Positions 9,497 to 16,487 of a DNA stretch of 34,056 nt are shown piece by piece. Location of the stretch: positions 1 to 34,056 of IMG/VR virus record IMGVR_UViG_3300042844_000089. One strand, 5' to 3'. The stretch comes from a virus (taxonomy: Duplodnaviria > Caudoviricetes). A program made the position numbers and the translations under genes. How positions within the stretch are numbered: position 1 is the first letter of the stretch; every line of letters begins with the position of its first letter. The notes under the pieces were generated by a model. The model saw only the letters and a list, made by a program, of their open reading frames with translations, was not told the DNA's origin and did no database searches.

Positions 9497-9696
9497 AAAA
9501 GCGTGACACCCTCGGCCTGCGGGCCCTTCTGGCCCTGCGTGACGGCGAAGTCGACCCGCTGTCCCTCTTCCAGGCTGCGGTAGCCCTGCGCGTTGATCGC
9601 GGAGTAGTGCACGAACACGTCGGGCCCCCCGCCGTCCTGGGCGATGAAGCCGAAGCCCTTCTCCGCGTTGAACCACTTCACGACGCCTTGAGCCAT
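9493..9696 (-). CDS. cspA: Cold-shock protein (CspA family)
   Basis: [18 protein letters not shown]...DVFVHYSAI: canonical RNP1/RNP2 cold-shock domain. Confidence 0.97.
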   Translation of the reverse strand: MAQGVVKWFNAEKGFGFIAQDGGGPDVFVHYSAINAQGYRSLEEGQRVDFAVTQGQKGPQAEGVTLL

Positions 9697-9756
9697 GTTC
9701 CTTCTCCGGTCTATCTGTAATTCTGTACCTATTCCGGAAGGTAATCTACACGGTCC

Positions 9757-10908
9757 CTACAGCGTCTCGCGACCATTCACCGGAAGATCCAGCAGCGTTC
9801 CGTCGGCCAGCTTTCGCCTCAGGTTATGGACGAGAGTGTCACGCTCATTTCTGTTGAGAACACCCCTCCGCATCACCGTGGAGCCGGGCTCACAGTACCG
9901 TGAGAAGGACGCCATCAGGGCCTCCAGCTCCTCCGGATGGCGGGCACCCATCTCGCGCCTGGCGGCCTGAGCCGCATCCCTCCAGGGTCTCTTGATCCCA
10001 TCCTGCCTCAGGGCGACTTCCCGGATCAACTGGCGCTTATGCGTTTCGCATTCACGATGACGCTGGGCAAGAGCCCGCAGGAAGCGCCTCCGGTTGATGA
10101 GCTTCATCGCATCCTCCTGTCCCATCTCCCGCAGACTCTCCATGTCGACCGAGGGCAGCGTGATGGTGGGATGAGGATCAGACCCGAACAGCTCGGAATG
10201 TTCCTTCAGTAGTTCCGAGAGCGCCTCGGACCACCGACGCAGAACGAGGGGGTGACGGAGAGCGTCGTTGCGGTCCTCGACGGACTTGATGTCGCTCGCC
10301 GCCGCCTTCTTCACCTCTCCCGACCCGCCGGAAATCAGCCGACGGACTCCGGGCGTGACCGGTGCGACGAGCAGGCCAAGTCTGACTCCGTCCTCAACCG
10401 ATTCGAGGCCGTCCTTGTAGCTCAGATTCCACAGCGGGTCTCTTCCCGCCAGGCCTCTGCGCAGCCTTTCCCCGGCACACAGTTCACTGAATTCCTCCTG
10501 GTAGTGCCTCGAAAGAATGGACAACGCGGCCAGAAAGCTGTCCTTGTTGGCACCTGGAGCCATCTCCCAGCCCTGAAGAGCATGCTTTTCCTTCAGGAGC
10601 TGGTTCACCTCCCCGAAGCGCTTCATCATCAGGTCTGATCTGCGCCGTGTAGCACTGAAGCGACTATCGCCCAGGAGTTCCATGCGCTCCACGCTGTTCA
10701 GAAGTTCTCCACATCCGAAGTAGAGAGCGTCGGACCAGCTATCGATCCAGTCGTCACTGGCCAGTGCTTCACGTACGGATTGGTGAACCTCTCCAGTGGC
10801 TTCGGCTATGACCGTTGTGACCAGAACGGAGAAATCCACCTCCCACCAGCGACGGAGATCTTCGTAGGACATGTATCGAACGTCCTTCAGTTTCATGTAC
10901 GATGGCAT
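9757..10908 (-). CDS. Hypothetical helical protein, possibly with an internal duplication
   Basis: 383-aa ORF; EALASDDWIDSWSDAL resembles DALRHPLVLRRWSEAL. Confidence 0.7.
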   Translation of the reverse strand: MPSYMKLKDVRYMSYEDLRRWWEVDFSVLVTTVIAEATGEVHQSVREALASDDWIDSWSDALYFGCGELLNSVERMELLGDSRFSATRRRSDLMMKRFGEVNQLLKEKHALQGWEMAPGANKDSFLAALSILSRHYQEEFSELCAGERLRRGLAGRDPLWNLSYKDGLESVEDGVRLGLLVAPVTPGVRRLISGGSGEVKKAAASDIKSVEDRNDALRHPLVLRRWSEALSELLKEHSELFGSDPHPTITLPSVDMESLREMGQEDAMKLINRRRFLRALAQRHRECETHKRQLIREVALRQDGIKRPWRDAAQAARREMGARHPEELEALMASFSRYCEPGSTVMRRGVLNRNERDTLVHNLRRKLADGTLLDLPVNGRETL

Positions 10909-10989
10909 GTTCGTCTCTTTTCCAATCGATGAAATGGAATCGGCGCGACCATCTTGAGTTGATGGCCGCGCCGCTTATACTTCGCTTCG

Positions 10990-11205
10990 TCAGGCGGAAT
11001 TCTCGTCGGGGAGCCTGTCCACGTACGCCGCCTTGCTGCGCCAGCGCGTCGGGCAGGCGGTGCAGCGGATCTCCGAGTAGTCACTGCGGGTGCGGTGGTA
11101 CCCGTTGTAGGCCGAGTAGTTCGCCTTCCGGGTGGCCACCACCCAGTGCGCGAAATGTTCCTTGCGGTTCCGGCAGGCCGTTCCCGATCGCCCCTTGTCA
11201 CTCAC
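10990..11205 (-). CDS. Hypothetical zinc-ribbon protein
   Basis: NYSAYNG...SDYSEIRCTAC..RWRSKAAYV motif; start uncertain. Confidence 0.65.
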   Translation of the reverse strand: MSDKGRSGTACRNRKEHFAHWVVATRKANYSAYNGYHRTRSDYSEIRCTACPTRWRSKAAYVDRLPDENSA

Positions 11206-11237
11206 GTGGCCATGACTGTCCCAGCCTGAACCAAGGG

Positions 11238-11666
11238 TCACTTCAGATCGCCCGTCTCGTCGGTGTGCTTCATCCCCTGAGCGGCCCGCAGAAGACGCGC
11301 AGCGTCCTTCAGGAGCTGTTCAACATCACCGTCGCCCTCCACGAACTCGACGTCGCCAAGATCCTTCATCTCCTGAATGCTGCACTCGGCTTTCCGGATG
11401 CGCGTCAGGGCCTCGTTGATGTTTCCGTGCAGGCTGCGCGCCGACTGCCGCAGGAAGCGGTTCGTCTCGGCGATCAGCGAAGCCTCCAGGAAGAGATCGC
11501 GAGCCAGTTCGGGGATCTCCGGGGGGTTGCCGAAGTCGACCTCCGGAGCGAAGGCGTGGCCCTTGCCGCCGACCTTCAGAGCGGTGTGGACCTCATCCCA
11601 GCGCCGGGTATCGAGCGAACCGAGGACCGTGGCGACGTCGTAGACGCTTTCGATCTTCGGCATCAC
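11238..11666 (-). CDS. Hypothetical protein
   Basis: Coupled ORF. Confidence 0.65.
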   Translation of the reverse strand: MMPKIESVYDVATVLGSLDTRRWDEVHTALKVGGKGHAFAPEVDFGNPPEIPELARDLFLEASLIAETNRFLRQSARSLHGNINEALTRIRKAECSIQEMKDLGDVEFVEGDGDVEQLLKDAARLLRAAQGMKHTDETGDLK

Positions 11667-11851
11667 GGCCGTCCGAAGTTCCGGTTCGTGTGGCCGTTGG
11701 CGTACGGGTCGGGCGTGACGTCCCGCTCGCGCAGACCGGTCTCTTCGTTGACCCTCGTCGGGGCCGGAGCAGGATGCGCCTCGCCGTCCTTGTTGCTGAC
11801 CGGCTGCTTCCAGCCGGAACTGTCGACGTAGTTGCCGTCGCCTCGCGCCAT
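11663..11851 (-). CDS. Small hypothetical protein
   Basis: GAGGAG RBS before ATG. Confidence 0.6.
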   Translation of the reverse strand: MARGDGNYVDSSGWKQPVSNKDGEAHPAPAPTRVNEETGLRERDVTPDPYANGHTNRNFGRP

Positions 11852-11872
11852 GCGTCTCTCCTCATCCGAAGG

Positions 11873-11904
11873 GCGAGGCCCCGGTTGTCGGCCGGGGCCT
11901 CGCA
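11873..11904. terminator. GC-rich hairpin (terminator or processing site)
   Basis: GCGAGGCCCCGG/CCGGGGCCTCGC 12-bp inverted repeat in an intergenic gap. Confidence 0.5.
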
Positions 11905-11981
11905 GGCTGGATCCGGTCGGCGGACTTCTCCGACGACTTTCACCGCAGTTCTTCAACTGTACCGCAGGGGAACGGAGTTGA

Positions 11982-12221
11982 CTACTCCCCCTCGTACAGG
12001 ACGGCGCGGGTCATCTTGGAGGTGATGTCCATCCGGCCGTCCTCGTACGCCAGGAAAAGCTGGATCTCTTCAGGGGTGAAGTTCGGGTACTTCTCGGCCT
12101 TCTCGCGGATCACCCTGGCCGTCGCCTCGTCCGGCATGTCCTCAGACAGGGGCGGGCGCCGCTTGATGCGGACCCGGTACCTCGGCCTGCCCTGACTGCC
12201 GTCGTAGTCACCCAGATGCAT
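11982..12221 (-). CDS. Hypothetical protein
   Basis: TGATG coupling. Confidence 0.6.
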   Translation of the reverse strand: MHLGDYDGSQGRPRYRVRIKRRPPLSEDMPDEATARVIREKAEKYPNFTPEEIQLFLAYEDGRMDITSKMTRAVLYEGE

Positions 12222-12502
12222 CAGGTCACGTCGCTCACGGTGAAGACCTCCATGGGCGGCGCCTCGGGACCGAAAGGGATCAGCGCCGTCGCGAAGTCCT
12301 CCATGTGGACCGGGGGGTGGCCGTCGCCGAAGAACTGATCCAGGGTGATCCGCGAAAAACCCGTTCTGTAGATCACGCGGTAGACAGGCTCGACGCCACC
12401 CGGCCTGGACACGAAGACTTCGAGCTGATCGCGAGCCAGCCCGAAGACGGCGTCCCTGAAGTCGTTCGCGCTGCACACGGTGGTGATGTTCTTGCGCTTC
12501 AT
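12221..12502 (-). CDS. Hypothetical protein
   Basis: ATGA coupling. Confidence 0.65.
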   Translation of the reverse strand: MKRKNITTVCSANDFRDAVFGLARDQLEVFVSRPGGVEPVYRVIYRTGFSRITLDQFFGDGHPPVHMEDFATALIPFGPEAPPMEVFTVSDVT

Positions 12503-12822
12503 CGACTACCCCCTCCCAGGGAAGTGATGGCCAGCGAGATCAGCAGGTCGGCCGCAGTCCCATCGACCTCCTCTATGTAGCCGTCCTCGTCGAGACTTCC
12601 CTCGACATATCCGGCTTCAATGAGCGCCTTTTCCAGATCGCTCCCCCGGCTTGAGTTGCCGAAAGGCCGCTTCCCGCTGAAGTCCGCCTTCTTCCTCCAG
12701 AGGGTCAGGAGGAGGGCGATGAGGTAGTCCCCGACCGTCCGGGCTCCCGCATCGTTTTCCTCCGGCATGGGCAGCGAGAGAATGTCCTCGCCGCTCGGTG
12801 TCGTCTGGATCACTCTGCTCAC
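12499..12822 (-). CDS. Hypothetical phage protein
   Basis: NDAGA.TV.DYL..LL..LW....FSGKRPFGNS motif recurrent in phages. Confidence 0.75.
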   Translation of the reverse strand: MSRVIQTTPSGEDILSLPMPEENDAGARTVGDYLIALLLTLWRKKADFSGKRPFGNSSRGSDLEKALIEAGYVEGSLDEDGYIEEVDGTAADLLISLAITSLGGGSR

Positions 12823-13313
12823 TTCTTCCCCTCCTTCAGAAGGATCTCGACTTGCTCCTGAAGGCCCTTGTCGCCCTTGTAGACATGCCTCTGGCTGATG
12901 AAGTTCCGCAGCGCAGCAGCCGTTTCGTGTGACTCCATGGTCAGTCTGGCCAACTCCTTCTCATCCTCCGGAGAAAGCCGCTTGAGGAGATCGGATCCGT
13001 AGGTGTTGAGCTGGCCGTTCTTGCCGTCGTCCCAGAAGACGAGCAGTTTTCCCGTGCCGGAGTGAACGCCCGTGACCGTGCCGTGCCTGAGCCTGACGTA
13101 TCCGTTGCTCATCCGTTCGGAGATCGTGAAGGGGATACTTACGGCCTTCTTCTCCAGGCGGAGCAGGCGGTCGACCTCGGCCACCAGCTTGGCCCGGTCC
13201 GGGTATCGCAGCTCCCGGCCAAGCGCCCTGGTCAGCCAGTTACCGTCATCATCCACGCGCAGATCGAACTTCTCTCCGCCGCGCGCGATCCGGCCTGCCG
13301 AATACTCGCTCAC
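12819..13313 (-). CDS. Hypothetical protein
   Basis: GTGA overlap, GGGAGG RBS. Confidence 0.65.
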   Translation of the reverse strand: MSEYSAGRIARGGEKFDLRVDDDGNWLTRALGRELRYPDRAKLVAEVDRLLRLEKKAVSIPFTISERMSNGYVRLRHGTVTGVHSGTGKLLVFWDDGKNGQLNTYGSDLLKRLSPEDEKELARLTMESHETAAALRNFISQRHVYKGDKGLQEQVEILLKEGKK

Positions 13314-13579
13314 CAGGGCCTCCCCTTGGGTTCGTTCGACGTGTCCCGCGTGGCACGGTAGACCCAGCTCCACTGGGTGCCCCCGGTCATCCGCACTGCC
13401 ACCTGCCGGGCGCTCTCGACGATGTACGCGGTGCCGTCTTCGACGGTGATCCCGTCCCCTCCGTGGAGGAAGGGGAGGTCGGGCATCGAACGCCCCGTCG
13501 AGGCGATTACCGCAACCTCGTACGGCTGCGGGCGCCCGTTCGGCCTTTCCAACTCGACTACCCTGATGAAGTCGGCCAT
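13310..13579 (-). CDS. Hypothetical protein
   Basis: AAGGA RBS; first gene after the tRNA array. Confidence 0.65.
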   Translation of the reverse strand: MADFIRVVELERPNGRPQPYEVAVIASTGRSMPDLPFLHGGDGITVEDGTAYIVESARQVAVRMTGGTQWSWVYRATRDTSNEPKGRPW

Positions 13580-13684
13580 ACTTTTTCCTTTTCTTCATCT
13601 TTCCGACAAGTACACTGCGGGGATTTCTCCCAGAAGGACCATCATCAGGTATCTAGCCCGACGGGGTACCCCGCGCCTTCATTG

Positions 13685-13757
13685 CGCTCCTGGCAGGATT
13701 TGAACCTGCGACGTCCGACTTAGAAGGTCAGCGCTCTATCCCCTGAGCTACAGAAGC
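13685..13757 (-). tRNA. tRNA-Arg(UCU)
   Basis: GCTTCTG/CAGGAGC acceptor, CTGAC-CT TCT AA-GTCGG anticodon arm, GGTTCAAATCC T arm; no CCA. Confidence 0.93.
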
Positions 13758-13768
13758 ATTTCTCAACC

Positions 13769-14164
13769 TCACCAGATGTCGTAAAACATCCGGCGGGACC
13801 TTTTCTCTGCTTTCTCGTAAAGCCTTTTCTCGAAGTCACCCTTCGCCCGGCGCGCAACGTCGAGCTTGCTCTTCACGTATCGCCGGTTGGCCCGTTCGTG
13901 CTTCTGGGCCCAGTACGTGCGGGTCGAACTCGGAGTCCAAGCCCCCGTGTAAGTCCACCAGCTTGCGGTACGCCGGACCTTCTGAGGCTGCGGTCGCCTA
14001 CCCTTCTCTTCAGCGTCACGTAGTTCCGCAGCGCTGTATCGAAGGTCATAGACAGTGTGCTCGCGAACGGGGACAGTGGGGCGTCCCCGCCAGTACATCC
14101 CGTACCCGTCAGGCCATTCCCGGGTATCGAACTTCCCTGGAATGTGGTGTGCAGTCTTGCCCAT
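13769..14164 (-). CDS. Basic Arg/Trp-rich hypothetical protein under uORF/hairpin control
   Basis: AGGAGG RBS; 131 aa. Confidence 0.8.
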   Translation of the reverse strand: MGKTAHHIPGKFDTREWPDGYGMYWRGRPTVPVREHTVYDLRYSAAELRDAEEKGRRPQPQKVRRTASWWTYTGAWTPSSTRTYWAQKHERANRRYVKSKLDVARRAKGDFEKRLYEKAEKRSRRMFYDIW

Positions 14165-14174
14165 CGGAATAGAT

Positions 14175-14228
14175 CCTCCTAGGGCCGCGAATTTCGCGGA
14201 CCTAAGTGAACCCGGTGAGGAAGTTCAT
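14175..14228 (-). promoter_or_regulatory. Leader uORF (MNFLTGFT*, 14228-14202) whose UAG lies in a hairpin covering the downstream RBS
   Basis: CTTAGG-T-CCGCGA-AAT-TCGCGG-C-CCTAGG-AGG; the uORF has its own AAGGGG RBS. Confidence 0.6.
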
Positions 14229-14274
14229 GAGCCCCTTACGCCTTCCCGTGAGGAAACGACGACATCCACTTACG

Positions 14275-14392
14275 TGAGGAGAGCAGGATTCGAACCTGCG
14301 ATCACCGCTGACCCGCGCCGTTGCGTACGCCTAGCGCGGAGACGGATCAACCGGATCGTGTCCGGCCCCATAGGCCACTCGGGCATCTCCCC
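14275..14392 (-). ncRNA. Atypical tRNA-like RNA (118 nt): 5-nt anticodon loop, 51-nt variable arm
   Basis: GGGGAGA/TCTCCTC acceptor, class-II-type D arm, CCGGA-CACGA-TCCGG, canonical GCAGG-TTCGAAT-CCTGC T arm. Confidence 0.8.
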
Positions 14393-14402
14393 TGGTAGAA
14401 CA

Positions 14403-14597
14403 TCAGATGATTCCGCGCCGGACCATCTTCTGGACCAGCTTGCCCGTCTTCTCCCGGTGCCTCTGCGCGGCCTCCAGGCCCTTCGACTTCTCGATCTCGT
14501 CGGACTTGATGCCGCGATGCGTCACCACCATGTCGACCCACTCGGCCGTCAGGGGTGGACTGATCGCCTCCTTGATCCTGTCGTACCTCTTGCCCAT
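14403..14597 (-). CDS. Small hypothetical protein
   Basis: GAGGAG RBS; 64 aa. Confidence 0.7.
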   Translation of the reverse strand: MGKRYDRIKEAISPPLTAEWVDMVVTHRGIKSDEIEKSKGLEAAQRHREKTGKLVQKMVRRGII

Positions 14598-14621
14598 CTT
14601 CTCCTCTTTCCGTTGTTTTTA

Positions 14622-14737
14622 GTGAGCCTCATCCCTAGCCCACGCGGCGCACCGGCCTTGTTCTGCTGCGCTTCTCAACCGATCCGGCCATCGGGCGGAG
14701 GGTGACCGAATTCCACTCCCCTCTATCGAGGTTCCAC
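14622..14737 (-). ncRNA. Candidate structured RNA in the tRNA-Gln trailer
   Basis: Closing helix CCTC/GAGG region plus CCGAT/ATCGG and GCGCA/TGCGC hairpins; no credible ORF. Confidence 0.35.
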
Positions 14738-14748
14738 CACGTGCTACG

Positions 14749-14820
14749 CTCCCCAGCCTAGACTTGAACTAGGACTCCCGATTCCAGAGACCGGTGGTCT
14801 GCCAATTAACCTACCGGGGA
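14749..14820 (-). tRNA. tRNA-Gln(CUG)
   Basis: TCCCCGG/CTGGGGA acceptor, CCGGT-CT CTG GA-ATCGG anticodon arm, G73. Confidence 0.92.
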
Positions 14821-14834
14821 TCGTTATTCAATTA

Positions 14835-14935
14835 CCTGGCAACCGAACGGCAAACACTCCGCGCACGGGCTGAATCCGCCTCTTCATTCCACCCGCCACA
14901 GTGGACTGACGTCAACAGCTTACCGTTCGGCCAGG
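14835..14935 (-). ncRNA. Candidate structured RNA with a long bulged closing stem
   Basis: CCTGG/CCAGG plus 13-bp CCGAACGGTAAGC/GTTTGCCGTTCGG; the G-U pairs form only on the minus strand. Confidence 0.55.
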
Positions 14936-14937
14936 AT

Positions 14938-15014
14938 GCAGAAGAAGTGACCCGAACGAGCTTGAATGTGAACACCCAATCCGCTTAGTGCTCTCGTTCA
15001 GGTTCTCGACCTGC
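14938..15014 (-). ncRNA. Candidate structured RNA
   Basis: 11-bp ACCTGAACGAG/CTCGTTCGGGT enclosing a GAGCACT/GGTGTTC hairpin. Confidence 0.45.
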
Positions 15015-15034
15015 GGACGACTCCCTCTACAACG

Positions 15035-15111
15035 TGGCCCCGACCAGAATCGAACTGGTGACCTCTCGCTTTTCAGGCGAGCGCTCTAACGCAAAACTGA
15101 GCTACAGGGCC
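15035..15111 (-). tRNA. tRNA-Phe(GAA)
   Basis: GGCCCTG/CGGGGCC acceptor, CTCGC-CT GAA AA-GCGAG anticodon arm; enlarged D loop lacking GG. Confidence 0.9.
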
Positions 15112-15152
15112 AGGGTCCTCTCCTCGCATCCGAAGACGCGCGAAGAGGATGG

Positions 15153-15326
15153 CTAAATGTCCATGGCGATGTCCTTGGCGCAGTCATTGTGCAACCAGCG
15201 CCGACAGTCTTCTCCATTTACATCTTGATCGTATGGATCGATCGTCCAGAAAACGTCTCTCCCGACCGTTCCCACCACTTTGCAATGATCGCACTTGCGT
15301 CGCAGCTTTTTCTTTGCTTCCACCAT
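15153..15326 (-). CDS. Small zinc-finger-like protein, 57 aa (MVEAKKKLRRKCDHC...DPY...LHNDC...MDI), absent from the ORF track
   Basis: Translated by hand; GAGGAG RBS, CxxC...HxxC. Confidence 0.75.
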   Translation of the reverse strand: MVEAKKKLRRKCDHCKVVGTVGRDVFWTIDPYDQDVNGEDCRRWLHNDCAKDIAMDI

Positions 15327-15379
15327 TTCTCCTCTATTCGAATACCCTTGAATCGAGTTCGAGGTGAAATGGTCTTGCG

Positions 15380-15451
15380 TGCACCCGACTGGAATCGAAC
15401 CAGTGCATCCACTTTAGGAGAGTGGCGCTCTATCCCCTGAGCTACGAGTGC
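15380..15451 (-). tRNA. tRNA-Arg(CCU)
   Basis: GCACTCG/CGGGTGC acceptor, CCACT-CT CCT AA-AGTGG anticodon arm. Confidence 0.93.
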
Positions 15452-15452
15452 T

Positions 15453-15595
15453 TGGCCCCTCCACTGATAAGTTAGGCAGGAGGGCTCCCTTCAACACCTC
15501 CTGGAATGAGGTTGGCGTTGAACTCACTTGACTCACTCACCATCCGACGGATAGCCACCGAAGCGACGAACTCCATCAGACGTTTTCCAGGGCCA
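15453..15595 (-). ncRNA. Candidate multi-stem ncRNA with cUUCGg tetraloop and kissing loops, filling the Asp-Arg spacer
   Basis: TGGCCC/GGGCCA closing stem; TCTGATGGA/TCCGTCGGA; GTCGC-TTCG-GTGGC; CAGGAGG/CCTCCTG; TTCAACG/TGTTGAA loop-loop complementarity. Confidence 0.6.
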
Positions 15596-15596
15596 G

Positions 15597-15674
15597 CGCA
15601 CCTGACGGGATTTGAACCCGCGAAAATCTCCGCCTTGACAGGGCGGCGAGGACTCCAGACTCCTCCACAGGCGC
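15597..15674 (-). tRNA. tRNA-Asp(GUC)
   Basis: GCGCCTG/CAGGTGC acceptor, CCGCC-CT GTC AA-GGCGG anticodon arm, G73; 8-nt variable loop. Confidence 0.92.
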
Positions 15675-15683
15675 ATGATTTAC

Positions 15684-15953
15684 TCAGTTTGCTGAAGCTA
15701 CGGCATGCCACTCTGCGGTGACATCGCTCCCCACTTTCTTACATATCAGGGAACCGCCACTAATCGTGATCCCCTTAGCCCCTTCCGGTGCACATGGAAC
15801 GTTCACCCATCGCTTGATGACCGGATGTGCAGGTGCAGAACTCTCTCGCCCTCCCTCTACTGGATCCTGGGAATCTTCTCCTGCGCATGATGTCGCAGCG
15901 AAAATCAAACCAAGCGCTGCAAATCCGTAGACGATCTTACGCATTTTCCTCAT
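15684..15953 (-). CDS. Putative lipoprotein
   Basis: MRKMRK + hydrophobic stretch + ATSC lipobox; C-terminal Cys pair. Confidence 0.7.
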   Translation of the reverse strand: MRKMRKIVYGFAALGLIFAATSCAGEDSQDPVEGGRESSAPAHPVIKRWVNVPCAPEGAKGITISGGSLICKKVGSDVTAEWHAVASAN

Positions 15954-15978
15954 TCTTTTCTCAAGAATCATTCCCATG

Positions 15979-16050
15979 TGCGCCCTACTGGACTTGAACC
16001 AGTGCACGAAGATTAAGAGTCTCCTGTTCTACCAACTGAACTAAGGGCGC
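15979..16050 (-). tRNA. tRNA-Lys(CUU)
   Basis: GCGCCCT/AGGGCGC acceptor, GGAGA-CT CTT AA-TCTTC anticodon arm. Confidence 0.93.
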
Positions 16051-16076
16051 CCGACATTCGGTTTTTCTTCTTTCTC

Positions 16077-16394
16077 CTATCGTACCATGCGCTGAAGGCT
16101 CACGTCCCAACTGCACTCCATGCGAAGCCTGTTGAGATCCTCGCCTCCGGCCGGATCATCCTTGTCGCATCGCACCCAGCCGGTCTCCTCAGACCACTTG
16201 GAATACCAGCCATACTCCTGGCATTCCAGAATTCCCGGCCAGATGCCGCTCCATCGCGTGTTGCACGACATGCCCTTGCAGGAGCAGTTCAGCCGTTGGT
16301 AGCCGTTCCACCTGCACCGGGCCACATCGCAGCCGTCCTGGTGGAATTCTCCGGGCTTTACTGCACAATCGGGACAGTTGGGTAGTTCTTCCAT
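16077..16394 (-). CDS. Cys/Trp-rich hypothetical protein
   Basis: GGAGG RBS; CPDC.V.PG..H..GCDVARC motif. Confidence 0.8.
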   Translation of the reverse strand: MEELPNCPDCAVKPGEFHQDGCDVARCRWNGYQRLNCSCKGMSCNTRWSGIWPGILECQEYGWYSKWSEETGWVRCDKDDPAGGEDLNRLRMECSWDVSLQRMVR

Positions 16395-16412
16395 CACTTT
16401 CCCTCCCTTGTG

Positions 16413-16485
16413 AGCCCCTGACCGGAATCGAACCGATGGCATCTTCATTACGAGTGAAGCACTCTACCGACTGAGTTACAGGGGC
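16413..16485 (-). tRNA. tRNA-Thr(CGU)
   Basis: GCCCCTG/CAGGGGC acceptor, CTTCA-CT CGT AA-TGAAG anticodon arm. Confidence 0.93.
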
Positions 16486-16487
16486 GC

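Noticed and set aside
14215-14280. GTGAGGA repeated three times, matching the 3' end of the atypical tRNA (possible att-site remnant)
   Set aside because: Only 7 nt, irregular spacing and no integrase nearby
14275-14392. tRNA-Sec interpretation of the long variable arm
   Set aside because: No UCA anticodon, 7/5 acceptor/T geometry and A73
15472-15711. ORFs overlapping tRNA genes (also 15218-15412, 16551-16916 and the 5' extensions of 15684 and 16077)
   Set aside because: They overlap clear tRNA cloverleaves and lack an RBS
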